From: a virus
Lineage: Duplodnaviria; Caudoviricetes
DNA: 55,877 nt
Strand: one strand, 5' to 3'
IMG/VR virus record: IMGVR_UViG_3300050132_000092
Location: 1-55,877 of that record
The stretch's first letter is position 1; each line of letters begins with the position of its first letter. Made by a program: the position numbers and the translations under genes. Shown piece by piece: positions 52,925 to 55,877 of the stretch. The notes under the pieces were generated by a model. That model worked only from the letters and a program-made list of their open reading frames with translations, had not been told where the DNA came from and ran no database searches.

Positions 52925-55315
52925 TTAATCCCCCATCATCTGTTGGTCGGCAGCGTGAGTGCCTGCCGGGCTGTGCAATTCGGCCAGAATACCGAGCACC
53001 GCCTTACGGACTTCCTTAGTCTGTTCGTCCTTCGACTCAGCCATTTCTTTAGCCAGCTTAACCAGTGCCACTTTCTGCTCAATTAACCCTTTTTGCTGCC
53101 GAATTTCCTCGGTTTTAGATTTTTGCTGCATGAGAATTAACTGTGGTGGTGGTGGCGGCTGGTACGGCTTCTCGCCTTCGTGCAGTTGCACCATTCCCGG
53201 TGGCATGGTCTTCCTAATACGGGCGGCAAGTTTCTCTCCCTGTACGTTATCCATGATGCCTTCTACCAGCAGGTCGCCGCCGATCTTGCCGATCTGTGGG
53301 ACGCTGTTGATCAGCGACATCATCTGCTGTGAGGCTTCCTGACGGGCGGTAGCGTAAGACGGGCCGATTGTGACCACAACCTCGTAGCGACCTTCGGTAA
53401 TATCGTTCAGTAGCGCTGTGTCGTCGCCGCGCTGATACATCTCGACCAGCTTCAGCGGATTCATACCGGCATAAGTCGCCGGATAGCGTTGAATCTTCTC
53501 GATAGCCGCCTTGACGGTGGTGTTGATCGGTATGACGTTTTCCGTGTCGTCGATATTGCGAATCCGCACGTCGCGCTCGGTGTCGTACAGCGCCGGTATC
53601 ATGCTGTTCATAACCTTGGCGCTGTATTCGATAGCGCGGTTCAGCTTGTAGGCGTAAACGTAACTGCCCACGTCGGACGGCTTCTGTTTGGCGTACACGG
53701 CTGCACCGGTACGTTCCGGCCCACCCTCGCCGATATCGCCGCCGAAGATGCCGATTACCCGCTTCAAGTCCTCGACGGCAAGTGCCGCCTGGTTAAACAG
53801 TGCGACCGGCGGATCGCCGGGACGCTGCCGCATCGGCGGTGGAGCTGGCGTACCTGATTCGGTATCCATATTGTAAAGCAGGAAGGGGTTATTCTTGACG
53901 TTGGCGTTCTTGTAGTCGTCCTCGTAGCCTTCGACCTGTCGTGCCGTCATCATATAAGGAGCTTTGGGAGCCATCGCAATCGCTTCGGCTACCGCGGTCT
54001 TGCAATAGTTCACCATCTTTTGCGCGTCACGAGCATCGCGAATAAGACCCTTCACATAGCTCTTACCTTCGATATTCTGCGTGATGCCGAGCACCTGAAT
54101 GATTGGAATATACTCACCAGGAACATCCTCGCCGTCCAGCATCTTAGCCGTGTGGTCTTTATCTGACATGTCCTTGGACTTAGCCACACCCAGAATTGCT
54201 GTAGCGGTCAGCGTGTATTTCTTGACCGCTTTAATGTAAGTCGGGCGGGTTTTAACGATGGTGGGAGCGGCAGGTGGCATACCCATCTGTGCTGGTGGAG
54301 CGGCAGGTGCGCCTGGCTGCATCGGCAGCATTCCCATTGGTGGAGCGGCTGGCGGTCCTGTAGGCGGTGTCGGCGCACCTGCTGGTGGCATACCGGATGC
54401 CATCGGGGGTCCGGCTGGAGCAGCAGGTGGTTGACCTGGTTGCTGTGCGGGTGGAGGAACAGGCAAAGGAGCGAGCATACCGACAGGGGGAGGGGCCATG
54501 TGGCTGTCGCTCGACTTTGCCTGACTGGTGCTAGCCGCCGCTATCAACTCGTCGGCTTCTTCTTGAGTGATCACCTGACCGTCTTCCATCAGGCACATCA
54601 TTACTTTTTCCGACTTGACAACGAAATATTCAGCGACCGTTACACAATCGCGGTCGTAATAGAGTTCGTCCTTCATGCCGAGTCCCGACTTAATCAGATC
54701 GGACGGCCACTCGGCTTCCGGCCATTCCGACTCAAACATATCGCGGGTGTACTTGGTGAGAATGAAACCGAATTTGGCGTCGGCCCCGGCTTCGTCTTTG
54801 CGTAGCGGATCGAGATAGACGTTGAAGGGATTGGGTACTGACTCCAGATACATTTCTTGGATGAAGGGATTTTCTTCACAGTAGCGGGTGTTGACACGCC
54901 ATGCACCGTAACCACAGGCTACTTGGCTCTTACCGGCGGTCATGTAGATGTCCTCGCCGTTAGAGCGGTATTCAGTATCGGAAATGATGCCGGAACGAAT
55001 CTTGGCTATGTGTTGAGAGGATTTGTGATCACCAGGCTTGACTTTGGCGCGTGCTCGGCTGTGGAGCATTTCACCAACGACCTGATTAACGAAGACAGGA
55101 AACAGAGGTACTTTGAGGCAGGGGCGACCTTCCAGCTTGCGACGTTTGATTTCCTCGTCGTCCCAGTGGTTGTCGCCGTTAAGCATTTTCAGACAGTCAA
55201 CGGCTTCCTTGCGGTTATGTTCGTCCGATTCGACGCACCGCTTCAACTGCTTCTTGGCTTTATCAAGAAACTTCTGGAGTGGTGTTTCACTGCTGTCTTT
55301 CTTTGGTTTAGACAT
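52925..55315 (-). CDS. portal protein (P22-like) with a Pro-rich insertion
   Basis: RPCL, GYGAWRV, PGEYIPII, GLIRDARDAQ..VNY, GRYEVVVTIGPSYAT.RQEA. Confidence 0.92.
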   Translation of the reverse strand: MSKPKKDSSETPLQKFLDKAKKQLKRCVESDEHNRKEAVDCLKMLNGDNHWDDEEIKRRKLEGRPCLKVPLFPVFVNQVVGEMLHSRARAKVKPGDHKSSQHIAKIRSGIISDTEYRSNGEDIYMTAGKSQVACGYGAWRVNTRYCEENPFIQEMYLESVPNPFNVYLDPLRKDEAGADAKFGFILTKYTRDMFESEWPEAEWPSDLIKSGLGMKDELYYDRDCVTVAEYFVVKSEKVMMCLMEDGQVITQEEADELIAAASTSQAKSSDSHMAPPPVGMLAPLPVPPPAQQPGQPPAAPAGPPMASGMPPAGAPTPPTGPPAAPPMGMLPMQPGAPAAPPAQMGMPPAAPTIVKTRPTYIKAVKKYTLTATAILGVAKSKDMSDKDHTAKMLDGEDVPGEYIPIIQVLGITQNIEGKSYVKGLIRDARDAQKMVNYCKTAVAEAIAMAPKAPYMMTARQVEGYEDDYKNANVKNNPFLLYNMDTESGTPAPPPMRQRPGDPPVALFNQAALAVEDLKRVIGIFGGDIGEGGPERTGAAVYAKQKPSDVGSYVYAYKLNRAIEYSAKVMNSMIPALYDTERDVRIRNIDDTENVIPINTTVKAAIEKIQRYPATYAGMNPLKLVEMYQRGDDTALLNDITEGRYEVVVTIGPSYATARQEASQQMMSLINSVPQIGKIGGDLLVEGIMDNVQGEKLAARIRKTMPPGMVQLHEGEKPYQPPPPPQLILMQQKSKTEEIRQQKGLIEQKVALVKLAKEMAESKDEQTKEVRKAVLGILAELHSPAGTHAADQQMMGD

Positions 55316-55415
55316 CTACGGTTGCTCCCATTTTAGCGAACCGATTTTCGTGCCACCCCCGTTGGGCTACACGTATTGCGACGTATACTTATACGAAAAT
55401 AATGTGTTGTCAACA

Positions 55416-55450
55416 TAAAAATAGCGGTAGTTAATAAAAACTACCGCTAT
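55416..55450 (-). terminator. intrinsic terminator
   Basis: ATAGCGGTAG/CTACCGCTAT stem plus a T tract on the minus strand. Confidence 0.7.
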
Positions 55451-55475
55451 CTGGTGTCATAAGTCGGCATGATGT

Positions 55476-55877
55476 TTACAGGCGGCTGTAACCTGTTTCA
55501 AATGGTTCGGCAGGTGAATAGCTAGAATAACCATCACCATCCAGATATTCAACATAATAACCATTAATAGCAGGTTGGTGTTTCTGCGTCCAGACGTCAT
55601 CCACCACACGCTGTGAGCCAATCAATCCAAGAATCAAGACATTGCCCTGTATAGCGGTTATTTTGGCTGCCCTCACCTGTTTGTGACACTGGTACAACGG
55701 TAAGTCGGCACGCTGTATGACGACAGGTGCCGCCTCGACAGGTGCCGCCTCGACAGGTGCCGCCTCGACAGGTGCCGCCTCGACAGGTGCCGCCTCGACA
55801 GGTGCCGCCTCGACAGGTGCCGCCTCGACAGGTGCCGCCTCGACAGGTGCCGCCTCGACAGGTGCCGCCTCGACAGG
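55476..55877 (-). CDS. C-terminal part of the junction-spanning protein
   Basis: (VEAAP)n-VVIQRADLPLYQCHKQVRAAKI...GYYVEY..DGYSSYSPAEPFETGY, open to the contig end. Confidence 0.85.
   Translation of the reverse strand, partial: PVEAAPVEAAPVEAAPVEAAPVEAAPVEAAPVEAAPVEAAPVEAAPVEAAPVVIQRADLPLYQCHKQVRAAKITAIQGNVLILGLIGSQRVVDDVWTQKHQPAINGYYVEYLDGDGYSSYSPAEPFETGYSRL
55721..55877 (+). repeat. 15-bp tandem repeat (10 copies plus partials), right contig end
   Basis: Same unit as 1-142. Confidence 0.98.

Overview
The window appears to be a complete, circularly permuted ~55.8 kb podovirus-type phage genome. It is broken inside a 15-bp tandem repeat that lies within one gene: the N-terminus is at 1-211 (-) and the C-terminus at 55476-55877 (-). 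The virion module is P22-like: portal, scaffold, gp5 coat, gp4, gp10, gp7/gp20/gp16-like ejection proteins and a tailspike. Packaging uses a terminase large subunit with a class-3 intein. Replication genes are a family-B DNA polymerase, primase-SF3 helicase, SF2 helicase, DUF2800 nuclease and DUF2815 SSB. A serine resolvase and a solo TnpB element are present, but I found no tyrosine integrase and no CRISPR array. The most striking unexplained structure is an array of six integron-like gene cassettes (14632-17483) plus a seventh solo cassette (9614-10345). They are bounded by attC-like sites, and six of the seven have complementary GTT.../...AAC ends matching over 7-10 bp. Every cassette gene is antisense to the attC top strand, no IntI is encoded, and several attC right arms are replaced by duplicated target sequence. 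Other oddities: an HNH fused to a resolvase-type HTH, radical-SAM and ATP-grasp enzymes in the virion operon, a signal-peptide-bearing tailspike, a CXXCH mini-protein and many perfect tandem repeats. All family assignments come from motif recognition by eye, not database searches.
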